The notes under the pieces are model-generated. The model made no database searches. It saw only the letters and a list, made by a program, of their open reading frames with translations, and was not told where the DNA came from. Positions 1 to 9,620 of a stretch of DNA of 64,000 nt are shown in pieces. Positions within the stretch are counted from its first letter, which is position 1. Every line of letters begins with the position of its first letter. Origin of the DNA: an uncultured delta proteobacterium (lineage in GTDB: Bacteria > Myxococcota > Kuafuiibacteriia > Kuafuiibacteriales > Kuafuiibacteriaceae); contig CAWDML010000003.1 in NCBI GenBank assembly GCA_963803435.1, forward strand, positions 608,001 to 672,000, written 5' to 3'. The translations under genes and the position numbers were made by a program.

Positions 1-17
1 CCTGCTTGTCTCGGCCC

Positions 18-1097
18 ATGTCGAGCAACGAGATCGACGTCGTACGCGCGGAGGCCGCTCCGCCCGGCGAAGCGGAGCTGAAGAGCAAGTTCCTGGGCGA
101 GCTCGGGGGCGCGGCCGGCGATGGCGAGGCGCTGGCGCGGATCCGGTCGGAGTACTTCGGGCCGAGCGGGCACATCACGAAGTTGTTGCGGAGTGTCGGG
201 CAGCTTCCACCGGAGCAGCGGCGCGAGGCCGGCCAGCGCTTCAATCAGCTCAAGGTGGCGCTCGAGCAGATGCTGGTCCTCGAGCTGGAGAAGTTCGAGT
301 CGGCGGAGCGCGATCGCGAGCTTCGCCGGAGCCGCCTCGACATGACCTTGCCCGGGCGCGCCAGCCGGCCCCGCGGGGCCGTCCATCCTGTGAACCGGAT
401 CATCGCCGAGATCAGCGACATCTTCGCCCGGATGGGCTGCGAGATCCGCACCGGCCCGGAGGTGGAGCTCGACTGGTACAACTTCGAAGCGCTCAACTTC
501 CCGGACGACCACCCCGCGCGGGACATGCAGGACACGTTCTTCATCCGCCCGCCCGCCGGCCGCCGGATGAAGGAGCTGGTCCTCCGCACGCACACGTCGC
601 CGGTGCAGATCCGTTCGATGGAGAAAGAGGGGGCCCCGATCCGGATCATCGCACCGGGCCGCGTCTTCCGCTGCGACGCCGACGCCTCCCACTCTCCGAT
701 GTTCCACCAGATCGAGGGCCTGTGGGTCGACCGCGGCATCTCGTTCGCGCACCTGAAGGGCGTCCTCACCAGCTTCATCCACGCGCTGTTCGGCAACCGG
801 CCGGTGCGCTTCCGTCCCTCGTTCTTCCCGTTCGTCGAGCCTGGCGCCGAGATGGACGTGCAGTGCGTGTTCTGCGACGGCGCCGGTTGCCGCGTCTGCA
901 AGACCACCGGGTGGATGGAGATCCTGGGGAGCGGGATGGTGCATCCGGCCGTCCTCGAGAACTGCAAGATCGATCCGGAGAAGTTCACCGGGTTCGCGTT
1001 CGGTATGGGCATCGATCGCATCGCGATGCTGCGCTGGCACGTCGACGATCTCGCCCATCTGTTCCGGAGCGACCTGCGCTTCCTGAGCCAGCTCTGA
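18..1097 (+). CDS. pheS: Phenylalanyl-tRNA synthetase alpha subunit
   Basis: Motifs NFEALNFPDDHPARDMQDTF, LRTHTSPVQIR, FHQIEG, RFRPSFFPFVEP, GFAFGMGIDR; ATG at 18 preferred over TTG at 6; followed by pheT. Confidence 0.98.
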   Translation: MSSNEIDVVRAEAAPPGEAELKSKFLGELGGAAGDGEALARIRSEYFGPSGHITKLLRSVGQLPPEQRREAGQRFNQLKVALEQMLVLELEKFESAERDRELRRSRLDMTLPGRASRPRGAVHPVNRIIAEISDIFARMGCEIRTGPEVELDWYNFEALNFPDDHPARDMQDTFFIRPPAGRRMKELVLRTHTSPVQIRSMEKEGAPIRIIAPGRVFRCDADASHSPMFHQIEGLWVDRGISFAHLKGVLTSFIHALFGNRPVRFRPSFFPFVEPGAEMDVQCVFCDGAGCRVCKTTGWMEILGSGMVHPAVLENCKIDPEKFTGFAFGMGIDRIAMLRWHVDDLAHLFRSDLRFLSQL

Positions 1098-1107
1098 GGA
1101 GAGGACC

Positions 1108-3564
1108 ATGTTGATTTCGCTCGAATGGCTCAAGGAGCTGCTGCCCGGCTTGAAGGCCGGGCCCGACGCGATCGCCAAGCGATTGACGGCCGCCGGGATC
1201 GAGGTCGAAGGCGTGGTGCGCCCCGCCGACGAGCTCAGAGGCGTGGTGGCGGCCGAGGTGCGAGCGGTGGAGCCACACCCGGACGCGGACAAGCTCTCCG
1301 TGACGCGGGTGTTCGACGGCGACACCGAGCACGTGGTGGTCTGCGGCGCCCCCAACGTGGCGGCCGGCCAGCGGGTGGCGTTCGCCCCGGCCGGGACCAC
1401 GCTGCCCAACGGCGTCACGCTGGAGCGGCGATCGATCCGCGGGATCGAGTCGGCGGGGATGATCTGCGGCGAGGACGAGCTCGGCCTCGTCGACACCAAG
1501 GCCGAGGGCATCCTGGTCCTCAAGCCCAGGAGCAAGCCCGGCAAGCCGCTGGCCGAGGTGCTGAAGATCAACGACGTGATCTACGAGCTCTCCATCACCC
1601 CGAACCGGGCGGACTGCCTGAGCCACCTCGGGATCGCGCGCGAGCTGGCGGCGCTCCTCGGCGTGCCCGCTCCCAAGCTGAGCGTGCGGGTGCGGGAGGC
1701 GGGCAAGGCGTCGTCGTCGGTCGCCAAGGTGGAGATCAAGGACGGCAAGCGCTGCCCCAAGTACGTGGCGCGCGTGCTGACCGGCGTGAAGGTCGGGCCG
1801 TCTCCGTCGTGGGTCCAGAAGCGGCTCAAGTCGGTGGGCGTACGGTCGATCTCGAACGTCGTCGACGCGACCAACCTGGTGCTGATGGAGCTGGGCCATC
1901 CGCTCCACGCGTTCGATCTCGACAAGCTGGGCGGCCAGCGGATCGTGGTGCGCACGGCGAAGCCGGCAGAGAAGATCGAGCTGCTCGATCACACGGTGCT
2001 GGAGCTCTCCAAGGAGGATCTGGTCATCGCCGACGCCGAGGTGCCCGTGGCGCTGGCCGGCGTGATGGGCGGCGCCGGCTCGGAGGTCTCGGACGCGACC
2101 ACCAACATCCTGCTCGAGTCGGCGATGTTCGATCCGGTCTCGGTGCGGCGGACCGCGAAGCGCTACGGGCTCCACACGGAGGCGTCGCACCGCTTCGAGC
2201 GCGGGGCCGATCCCGAGATGGTGGAGGCGGCGATCGATCGCTGCGCCCAGCTCATCGCCGAGATCTCGGAGAGCGGCACCATCCACAAGGGCCAGATCGC
2301 AGTGGTGAAGTCTTCGCCCGAGCCCAAGGTGGTCTTGATCCGACCTGACCGCGCCTCCCAGGTGATCGGTCGGACCGTGGGCAAGCAGGAGGTCCGTGAC
2401 AGCCTGTCGGCGCTCGGGCTGAAGCCGGCCAAGGCGCCCGCGGGGCGGGACAAGAAGAAGAAGCCGCCGGGCGACGCGCTCTTCTTCCGCGTGCCCAGCT
2501 GGCGCGTCGATCTCTCCATCGAGGAGGACCTGATCGAGGAGGTCGCGCGTGTGGCCGGCTACGACGCGATCCCGACGGTGATGCCCAGCTCGGCCACCGA
2601 GGTATGGACCAAGGCGCCCGACCGCGATCTCGAGCGCGAGGTCCGCGGCGCGCTGGTGGCCGAGGGCCTGTTCGAGGCGATCTCGCTGGCGTTCAGCTCG
2701 CGGCGGGTGGTCGAGGATCTCGGCCTCGACGTCGAGCACGCGGTCTTGGTGCAGAATCCGCTGGGCGAGGAGAGCCAGCTGATGCGGCTCTCGCTGCTGC
2801 CGGCGCTGCTCACGGCGGCGCGGCTCAATCAGGACAACCTGCCCAGCATCACCGACCTGCGCCTCTTCGAGATCGGAAAGACCTTCCGCTGGGCCTCGCC
2901 GGCTGCCGGCCCGAACACGCTGCCGCTCGAGACGCGGCGGGTCGGGATCCTGATGCGCGGCCACCGGGCGCCGCAGGATTGGACCGGCTCGAAGGCCGTG
3001 CTCGACGCCTACGATCTGAAGGGTGTCCTCGAGGGGCTGTTCGGGCGGTTCCGGGTCCAGGCGGAGTGGCGGCCCGAGGAGCGTCCCTGGCTCCACCCGC
3101 GCTCGAGCACCCGGGTGGTGGCGGATGATCGGACGCTCGGCGTCTTCGGCGAGGCGCACCCGAACGTGATGGACCGGTTCGGGCTCGAGGGGCCGCCCGT
3201 CTTCCTGGCGGAGCTGGAGCTGGACGCGCTCGCGCAGGCGTTGGGGTCGACCGCGGTGTTTCGGCCCTTGCCCAAGCTGCCCCCTGCCCAGCGCGATCTC
3301 TCGTTCTTCGTCGATCGGGCGGTGGCGGCCGCCGAGATCCTCCGGGTCATCCGGGACGCCGGGACACCCGAGGCCCTCGAGGCGGTCTCGGTGTTCGACG
3401 TCTATGAAGGGAAGGGTGTGCCTGAGGGAAAGAAGAGCCTGGCGGTGGCCATGACCTTCCGGTCCGACGTCCGGACCCTCACGGACGCGGACGTCGAGGC
3501 GGCCCAGGCGGCCGTGATCGGGGCGCTCGAGTCGCACGCCGGGGCCGTCATCCGCAAGTCCTGA
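1108..3564 (+). CDS. pheT: Phenylalanyl-tRNA synthetase beta subunit
   Basis: 818 aa; HPDADKL, VVCGAPNV, ITPNRADCLS, RFERGAD, DLIEEVAR, C-terminal RDLSF anticodon-binding domain; SD GAGG upstream. Confidence 0.98.
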   Translation: MLISLEWLKELLPGLKAGPDAIAKRLTAAGIEVEGVVRPADELRGVVAAEVRAVEPHPDADKLSVTRVFDGDTEHVVVCGAPNVAAGQRVAFAPAGTTLPNGVTLERRSIRGIESAGMICGEDELGLVDTKAEGILVLKPRSKPGKPLAEVLKINDVIYELSITPNRADCLSHLGIARELAALLGVPAPKLSVRVREAGKASSSVAKVEIKDGKRCPKYVARVLTGVKVGPSPSWVQKRLKSVGVRSISNVVDATNLVLMELGHPLHAFDLDKLGGQRIVVRTAKPAEKIELLDHTVLELSKEDLVIADAEVPVALAGVMGGAGSEVSDATTNILLESAMFDPVSVRRTAKRYGLHTEASHRFERGADPEMVEAAIDRCAQLIAEISESGTIHKGQIAVVKSSPEPKVVLIRPDRASQVIGRTVGKQEVRDSLSALGLKPAKAPAGRDKKKKPPGDALFFRVPSWRVDLSIEEDLIEEVARVAGYDAIPTVMPSSATEVWTKAPDRDLEREVRGALVAEGLFEAISLAFSSRRVVEDLGLDVEHAVLVQNPLGEESQLMRLSLLPALLTAARLNQDNLPSITDLRLFEIGKTFRWASPAAGPNTLPLETRRVGILMRGHRAPQDWTGSKAVLDAYDLKGVLEGLFGRFRVQAEWRPEERPWLHPRSSTRVVADDRTLGVFGEAHPNVMDRFGLEGPPVFLAELELDALAQALGSTAVFRPLPKLPPAQRDLSFFVDRAVAAAEILRVIRDAGTPEALEAVSVFDVYEGKGVPEGKKSLAVAMTFRSDVRTLTDADVEAAQAAVIGALESHAGAVIRKS

Positions 3565-3621
3565 GCGATCTCGACGGCTTGACCCGGATCCGGGCCGCGG
3601 GCAGACTTTGGGCCCCTCCCG

Positions 3622-4284
3622 ATGGACCCCAAGGAAACGCCGCCGACCCTCGAGGTCGAGCACCTCTCGGATCTCGACCGGGCCCTCGACGTCCTCCGGG
3701 CCCGGCGAAGCGTCGCGCAGGGTGAGCTCGACTTCCCTGAGGGTGGGGCGTGGCCCTTACCGGTATTGTCCGAAGAGGACGAGACCGACGAGGACATGCC
3801 GGCCGACGCGGATCTGGCGCCGGACGCCGTGGACGTGGCGCCCACGCTGCTCGACGCGCTCGACGATCGGATGGAGACACCCGACGACCCGCGGATCCCG
3901 GATGGGCAGAGCTATTTCAAGATCGGCGAGGTTGCGAAGATCATCGGAGTGAAGCCGTACGTCCTCCGCTACTGGGAGGGCGAGTTTCCGTGGATCCGGC
4001 CGGAGAAGACCAGCAGCCGGCAGCGGCGCTATCGGCGCACGGACGTCGCGATGCTGCTGACGGTCCGGCGGCTCCGGCACGACGAGCAGCTCACCGTCGC
4101 CCGGACCCGGGAGGTGCTGCAGGAGATGAAGCGCTCCGGCAAGAAGCGCCCTGCGAAGTCGAAGCGCCCGGTCCGGATGCTCCCCGACGCGCCGGGATCG
4201 GCGGTGGATCCTGCGCTCGTCCGGCGCCGGCTGGCCGAGATGCGGCAGGCGGTCCTGGAGCTTTTGTCAGCGGTCGAGGAATGA
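3622..4284 (+). CDS. MerR-family HTH regulator (pheT/ihfA-linked type) with acidic N-terminal extension
   Basis: YFKIGEVAKIIGVKPYVLRYWEGEF..RRYRRTD MerR HTH signature; context next to ihfA. Confidence 0.9.
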   Translation: MDPKETPPTLEVEHLSDLDRALDVLRARRSVAQGELDFPEGGAWPLPVLSEEDETDEDMPADADLAPDAVDVAPTLLDALDDRMETPDDPRIPDGQSYFKIGEVAKIIGVKPYVLRYWEGEFPWIRPEKTSSRQRRYRRTDVAMLLTVRRLRHDEQLTVARTREVLQEMKRSGKKRPAKSKRPVRMLPDAPGSAVDPALVRRRLAEMRQAVLELLSAVEE

Positions 4285-4302
4285 CGTAGAAAGGGACACG
4301 CG

Positions 4303-4632
4303 ATGGCAGACGGAACGCCTACCAATTTCAGCTCCGAGGTCGTCGGCAAGACACTGACCAAGGCCGACTTCGTCGAGGCGGTGTACAGCCGGATCGGGGG
4401 TCTCTCCCGCCGGGATTCAGCCGAGATCATCGACATGCTGTTCGAGGCGATCAAGGAGACACTGTCCCGGGGCGAGGCGGTGAAGATCAGCGGTTTCGGC
4501 AACTTCGTGGTCCGCGACAAGAAGGCCCGCATCGGACGGAACCCGCAGACCGGCCGCGACATCGAGATTTCCGCGCGGCGTGTCCTCACCTTCAAGCCCT
4601 CGCAGGTCCTGAAGGATCAGCTCAACACCTAA
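4303..4632 (+). CDS. ihfA: Integration host factor alpha subunit
   Basis: TLTKAD..VKISGFGNFVVRDKKARIGRNPQTG..ISARRVLTFKPSQVLK; pheT-linked. Confidence 0.95.
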   Translation: MADGTPTNFSSEVVGKTLTKADFVEAVYSRIGGLSRRDSAEIIDMLFEAIKETLSRGEAVKISGFGNFVVRDKKARIGRNPQTGRDIEISARRVLTFKPSQVLKDQLNT

Positions 4633-6311
4633 GGTTCGTGGACCGCGACCCGAGGTTCGGGTTCCTCGCGCGGCAGCGTGGTCTTCGCCGGCACCGACTG
4701 AAACGCGATCGCGTGCTCGGCGCGGGCCTCGAGCCCGGCCGGGAACAGGCCGAAGAACAACACGAAGCCGCAGGTCGCGAGGAGGATGCCCCGGGTGAGG
4801 CCGTCGGTCGGGAGGGGCGATGGGTCGTCGGGACGCTCGAGGAACATCTTCCGGACCACACGGAAGTAGTAATAGAGCGAGATGGCGCTGTTCACCACGG
4901 CGACGATGCTCAGCGCGTAGAAGATCCCGCCCCCGGACAGGGCGCAGGTCAGCTTCCCCATCAGGCTCAGATCAGCGTGGGCAGCGCAGGCCGCCAGGGG
5001 CTCGAACTGAAAGGCGCGCTCGAGCGCGGCGGCGAAGAGCTTGTACTTCGCGATGAACCCGGCCATGGGCGGCAGGCCCGTCAGCGACACCAAGAAGACG
5101 GTGAAGGCCACGCCGATCAGGGGTGAGCGATGGCCGAGGCCCTTGTAGTCATCGATGAGCTCGCTCCCGATCTTCTCCCGGACCCAGATCACCACGTAGA
5201 AGGCGCCGATGTTCATGGCCAGATAGATGGTCAGGTACAGGAGGATGCTGGCGACGCCGGTCTTGGTGAAGGCGCACAACCCGATCAGCGCGTAGCCGGC
5301 GTGGGCGATGGAGGAGTAGGCGAGGAAGCGCTTGATGTTCGATTGGCCGATCGCCGCCAGGTTCCCCAGGGTCATGGTGGCCATCGAGACGATGACGATC
5401 AGCGTCAGCCAGGGGAGGCCGGAGAGCTCGGAGTCCACGGCGCCCGACTGGAACTTGGCGAGATCGGAGAACCCGACGATGAAGAAGCGGATGAGGAGCG
5501 CGAATCCCGCCGCCTTGGGCCCGGTGGAGAGGAACGCGGTGAAGGGCGTGGGCGCGCCCTCGTAGACGTCGGGGCTCCACATGTGCAGCGGGACGGCCGC
5601 GATCTTGTACGCGAAGCCGACGAACGACAGCACGACGCCGACGATCACCGCGGGGGGCATGGTCGCGGGGACGTTGACCTGGGACAGGCTCATCTGCGCG
5701 GTCTGCGTCACCAGGCCCTGGAGGGCCGCGTTGATCATCGGTAGCTGCGTATGTCCGGTGATGCCGTAGAGGAGCGAGAAGCCGTAGACCATCGCGCCGG
5801 AGGCGGCGCCGCCGTAGATCACGTACTTGAGCGCGGCCTCCGAGCTCCGGGCGTTGTGGCGCCGGAAGCCGACCAGCACGTACGACATGAGCGACACCAG
5901 CTCGAGGGCCAGGAAGATCATGACGAGGTCTTGCGCCATCGCCATCAGGTTCATGCCCATGACCAGCGAGAGGAACAGCGTGTAGTACTCGCCGTTGTTC
6001 TGGGCGCCGATCTCGTTCGAGTTGAGCGAGATCAGGATCCCGAGGATGCCGGCGACGAGGCTGAAGACGCGGAAGAAGTCGACGAACGGATCGACGACCA
6101 CCATGCCGGAGAAGAGGGTCTCGGACCGGCCGGAGACCAGGAACGCCAGCCCGAGCGCGCCGACCAGGATCCCGCCGGCGATGTAGGCAGGGCGCCTGCC
6201 GTCCGCGGAGGGGTAGAAGGCCTCGATGAGCAGCAGGAACGCGGCGCCGAAGCCGAGGAGGAGCTCCGGGAGCAGGAGCGATGCGCCGGTGTAATACTGG
6301 CTGACGTCCAT
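4629..6311 (-). CDS. nuoN: NADH-quinone oxidoreductase subunit N (antiporter-like)
   Basis: LLLPELLL, FLALELVSLMSYVL, SEAALKY, KIAAVPLHMWSPDVYEGAP, KRFLAYSSIAHAGY, GLPPMAGFIAK, YYYFRVV; start uncertain (6311/6329/6353). Confidence 0.93.
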   Translation of the reverse strand: MDVSQYYTGASLLLPELLLGFGAAFLLLIEAFYPSADGRRPAYIAGGILVGALGLAFLVSGRSETLFSGMVVVDPFVDFFRVFSLVAGILGILISLNSNEIGAQNNGEYYTLFLSLVMGMNLMAMAQDLVMIFLALELVSLMSYVLVGFRRHNARSSEAALKYVIYGGAASGAMVYGFSLLYGITGHTQLPMINAALQGLVTQTAQMSLSQVNVPATMPPAVIVGVVLSFVGFAYKIAAVPLHMWSPDVYEGAPTPFTAFLSTGPKAAGFALLIRFFIVGFSDLAKFQSGAVDSELSGLPWLTLIVIVSMATMTLGNLAAIGQSNIKRFLAYSSIAHAGYALIGLCAFTKTGVASILLYLTIYLAMNIGAFYVVIWVREKIGSELIDDYKGLGHRSPLIGVAFTVFLVSLTGLPPMAGFIAKYKLFAAALERAFQFEPLAACAAHADLSLMGKLTCALSGGGIFYALSIVAVVNSAISLYYYFRVVRKMFLERPDDPSPLPTDGLTRGILLATCGFVLFFGLFPAGLEARAEHAIAFQSVPAKTTLPREEPEPRVAVHEP

Positions 6312-6424
6312 CACGGCGAGGCGTGCCATAGCCCGTGCGATGGGCGCTGGCAACGACGACGTGGATGCGTCACTTGACCGGATCGCGACGCGAAGCTAGG
6401 CCTTGCTGCGTGGCGGACGAAGAC

Positions 6425-6694
6425 ATGATCGTCTACCAGGTCGTGAACCTGGATCGACAGGAGCTGTTTTTCGGCACCACGGTGGTCCACCTCGACCAGG
6501 AGATCGAGCGCCTGGCGAAGGATCCCCGCGGGCCGGCTTCGGGATGGAAGAAGGGCGAGGTCGTCCACTGGCGGCCGCTCACACCTCCGCTCAGCCCGAG
6601 CTTCGCGCGGCAGCTCCACCGCGACTTCGAGAAGAAGACGCCGCCGAACAAGTTCAAGGTCATCCCTACCTATCGAGAGGAAGAGGACGCTTGA
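6425..6694 (+). CDS. Small hypothetical protein, possible degenerate GIY-YIG fold
   Basis: 89 aa from ATG 6425; N-terminus IVYQVVN..ELFFGTT resembles the GIY..YIG hairpin; good GC3 codon usage. Confidence 0.65.
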   Translation: MIVYQVVNLDRQELFFGTTVVHLDQEIERLAKDPRGPASGWKKGEVVHWRPLTPPLSPSFARQLHRDFEKKTPPNKFKVIPTYREEEDA

Positions 6695-6719
6695 CGTCGA
6701 ACCGCCGCCGCCATGTACT
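6691..6719 (+). promoter_or_regulatory. Putative sigma70 promoter for tRNA-Cys
   Basis: TTGACG (6691-6696)-N17-TGTACT (6714-6719), ending 8 nt before the tRNA 5' end. Confidence 0.45.
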
Positions 6720-6727
6720 TGCGCGGC

Positions 6728-6799
6728 GGTGCCGTGGCCAAGTGGTAAGGCATAGGTTTGCAAAACCTACATACGCCGGTTCGAATCCGGCCGGCACCT
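6728..6799 (+). tRNA. tRNA-Cys (GCA)
   Basis: Acceptor GGTGCCG/CGGCACC, discriminator U, anticodon arm TAGGT-TTGCAAA-ACCTA, T-loop GGTTCGAATCC; CCA not encoded. Confidence 0.96.
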
Positions 6800-6823
6800 T
6801 GAGGACCTCCTGGTCGAGCCTCC

Positions 6824-9037
6824 GTGGCGTCGTCGAAGCGTGACCTGCTGGTCGTTCGACTGGCCATCAAGTGGAAGTGGCTAACCCCCGAAGAGGGTGA
6901 AGACGTCCTCTTCTTGAAGAGGAAGTTCGGCGCCAAGCTCACCGTCGAGCAGATCGTCCGCCGGCGGGGCTACCTCGACTGGGAGGAGCTCGATCAGCTC
7001 GCCGAGGCCGCCACCGCCGCCATGGGACGGCGCGCTCGGCCCGGCGCCGACGTCGCGCCCACCACCAATCCGCAGCCGGGCCGCCCCGCGCTCGAGGTCC
7101 CGGAGGCGGCGGTCCTCCTCACCGAGCCCCGGAGCGAGCGCGGTCCGGTCATCGATCCCAGCGACGACGACGATCCGTTCCGGGACGAAGGGAAGACGGT
7201 CATCGCGTCGATGCCCGACCTCCGCAAGGCGGCGCTGGCGCGGACCGGGCGCCCGCCCTCCGACGATCCCGACCGCACCATCCACGACGCGCCGCTCGAC
7301 TTCATTCATGACTTTGGGGACGACGACGAGTCCCGCGAGCACACGGTCTACCAGCCGCGACCGCCGTTTTCGTCCCACGACTCCGACGTGATCGAGCGCG
7401 TCGAAGCGCGGATCGATCCAGCCTCGCTCGACGCGGACACCGACGAGTCGCTCGGGATCGGCGGGCGGCCGGCGCCGCTCAACCCTGCCTTTCTGCGCGA
7501 GATCCCGAGCCGGCCGCTCTCCGACGACGCGCTGGATCCCGACTCGATGCCGGGGGAGTCGCTCGCGAAGGCGGTGCTCGGCCGGGGCCTCGCGATCCCG
7601 TCACGGATCGCGCCCGGGCTCACGATCGTCCGAGACGAGGCCGGGGTCGAGTTCCTCGACGGCGAGTTCGGCCCGTACTCCATCCGCCGCGTCATCGCGC
7701 GCGGTCGCACCTCGATCGTGTACCTCGCGCTCCACCGGGAGAGCGGAACCGAGGTGGCGCTCAAGGTGCTCAACCTCCCGGCAGCGGCGGCCTCGCGCTT
7801 CTTCGCCGAGCGCGGCGACGAGCTTCTGGAGGCGGCGCGTCTCACGTCACCGCTGGTGGTGCGGACGCTCGACGTGGGTCATGTCGGGCAGAAGTATTAC
7901 GTCGCGCTCCAGTACGTCGACGGCTGGACGCTCGAGGAGATGCTGGACGCCGGCGATCGGCCCAGCCACCTGCGCGTGGCCGAGATCGGGCGCGATCTGT
8001 CGGTGGCGCTGGCGGCGGGGGAGGACCTGGGGATCCTTCACCTCGACGTCCGTCCGGATCACGTCCTGATCCCCGACTCGGGGCAGGCGCTCCTCACCGG
8101 CTTCGGCTTCGCGCCCCACCGCCCCGGGTTCCCGGCCGCCGTGCGCGGGACGCCCGAGTACATGGCGCCGGAGCAGCTCCTCGGATCGCCGGACGCGCGC
8201 ACCGATCTCTACGGGCTCGGCGTCACCCTGTATCGCGTGCTCACGGGCGGCGTTCCCGGCGACGCGATCGATCCCACGTTGCCCGCGCAGGCGAGCATGG
8301 ACGTGCCGCCGCCGGATCCGCGCGACGCCGATCCGTCGATCCCGGAGGCGCTGGCGCTGATCGTCCTGCGGCTGCTGGCGAAGCGCCCCGACGCTCGCTT
8401 CCAGAGCGCGGTCGAGGTTCACGACGCGTTCGATCAGCTCCTCTTCGAGATGGAGGCCGCGGGCTTTCAGGAGCCGCCGGCGCCCACGCCCTCGATGCGC
8501 CCGCTGATGGTCCAGGCCGCGCTCGGCTCGCTCGGGCTGGTCGGGGTGGCGCTGGTCGCGGCCATCGCGCTCGACACCACGGATCTCTGGTCGGGACCGG
8601 AAGCGGCCCGGCGCGGCGCCTTCATCGGCATGGCTGGCTCGATCGCGGCCTCGATCCTGCTGTCGACCGTGGCCTTGATCCGCCGCGGGCAGATCCCGCT
8701 CCCGCTCTCGAGCGCATGGCTGGTACGGCTCCAGGAGTCGCTGGGGGCGCTGGGATCGCTCGCGTTGATCGCGGGCTTCGTGCTGGCACCTCCGGCCGTC
8801 CTCAACGTCACGGTTGGATCGATCGCGATCGTGGTCCTCACCAGCGGCGTGTTCGGCACGCTCCTCCGGAAGGCGATCGCCCGCTCCCGCGCCGACGGAG
8901 GCGTGGGCCGCATGCTGGCCGTGCTCGGCGACCCAATGCTCGGGAGCTGGCGCGCGGTGCACGTGCCGCTGGTGGTGTGTATGACCGCGCTGGCCGTGGC
9001 CCGCTTTGCCGTCATGGCGTACTTCGCCAGCGCGTGA
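6824..9037 (+). CDS. Ser/Thr kinase-like membrane protein (probable pseudokinase), multi-TM C-terminus
   Basis: VALK, GTPEYMAPEQ and DLYGLG present, but catalytic loop reads HLDVRPDH and DFG reads GFG; about 5 hydrophobic helices at C-terminus. Confidence 0.85.
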   Translation: MASSKRDLLVVRLAIKWKWLTPEEGEDVLFLKRKFGAKLTVEQIVRRRGYLDWEELDQLAEAATAAMGRRARPGADVAPTTNPQPGRPALEVPEAAVLLTEPRSERGPVIDPSDDDDPFRDEGKTVIASMPDLRKAALARTGRPPSDDPDRTIHDAPLDFIHDFGDDDESREHTVYQPRPPFSSHDSDVIERVEARIDPASLDADTDESLGIGGRPAPLNPAFLREIPSRPLSDDALDPDSMPGESLAKAVLGRGLAIPSRIAPGLTIVRDEAGVEFLDGEFGPYSIRRVIARGRTSIVYLALHRESGTEVALKVLNLPAAAASRFFAERGDELLEAARLTSPLVVRTLDVGHVGQKYYVALQYVDGWTLEEMLDAGDRPSHLRVAEIGRDLSVALAAGEDLGILHLDVRPDHVLIPDSGQALLTGFGFAPHRPGFPAAVRGTPEYMAPEQLLGSPDARTDLYGLGVTLYRVLTGGVPGDAIDPTLPAQASMDVPPPDPRDADPSIPEALALIVLRLLAKRPDARFQSAVEVHDAFDQLLFEMEAAGFQEPPAPTPSMRPLMVQAALGSLGLVGVALVAAIALDTTDLWSGPEAARRGAFIGMAGSIAASILLSTVALIRRGQIPLPLSSAWLVRLQESLGALGSLALIAGFVLAPPAVLNVTVGSIAIVVLTSGVFGTLLRKAIARSRADGGVGRMLAVLGDPMLGSWRAVHVPLVVCMTALAVARFAVMAYFASA

Positions 9038-9113
9038 CCACCTGCGAGCGAAGCTCGACAAAATGGCCGACTCTTGTGCTTCGGGCAACCGCTGGGGCTC
9101 GCAGCTTTCAGGT

Positions 9114-9184
9114 GCTAGGAGCGTGTAGCGCGTAAGCGCTCACGCGACCCCGGTCCGGGTCCCGGTCCCGTTCCGGGTCCCGAT
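9114..9184 (+). repeat. Left inverted repeat of element (GCTAGGAGCGTGTAGCGCGTA then GGTCCC-like hexamers)
   Basis: Reverse complement of 9919-9988; outer 21 nt identical. Confidence 0.9.
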
Positions 9185-9204
9185 CTGAAGATGGCTGCCT
9201 TGAG

Positions 9205-9620
9205 TCAGACGCTCGCGACGGTCGCGAGCTTCGATCGGTAGAGCTTGAGCAGGTTGTGGGTGAGGCAGACGAGCGTCCCCTCGGCTCGTACCTTTCTGTT
9301 CGCGTCCAACAGCGATGTGGGCATCGATCTGATTGTTGTCGCAGAATTCGATGTTGGTCGCGCTCAGATAGCCGTTGTCTGCCGTCATCTTCCGCGGAGC
9401 ATCGCCGCAGTTGCCGAACACATCACGGAGCATCGGGACGAGGTGTTGCTGATCAGGTGCCTGGTTGCTGACCCCTTCGGCGACACTCACCTGATCGTGC
9501 TCATCTACGACAACTTGGGCATTGTAGGCCTGGAGGTACGCTCCATCCTTCAACATGATCCTGCTGTCTGAGTCGGTGAAGTTCCTCTGAGCGTTGGGCC
9601 TCGGTGTGCCGTCCAGATCG
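9205..9620 (-). pseudogene. IS1182-family DDE transposase fragment (5'-truncated, internal deletion with frameshift)
   Basis: AQRNFTDSDSRIM, YLQAYNAQ, TADNGYLS, then in another frame KVRAEGTLVCLTHNLLKLYR..stop at 9205; the VEPVFG catalytic-Glu segment is missing. Confidence 0.85.

Noticed and set aside
985-3663. Long antisense and alternate-frame ORFs (e.g. 985..3663 -, 18008..20236 +, 23344..26526 -, 30002..32881 +, 44226..46886 -, 61859..63793 -)
   Set aside because: They are shadow ORFs of well-recognised genes; stops are rare in high-GC DNA and the translations have no motifs
9145-9184. GGTCCC/GGGACC hexamer runs as a CRISPR array
   Set aside because: There are no spacers and no cas genes; the runs are part of the inverted ends of the IS-derived element
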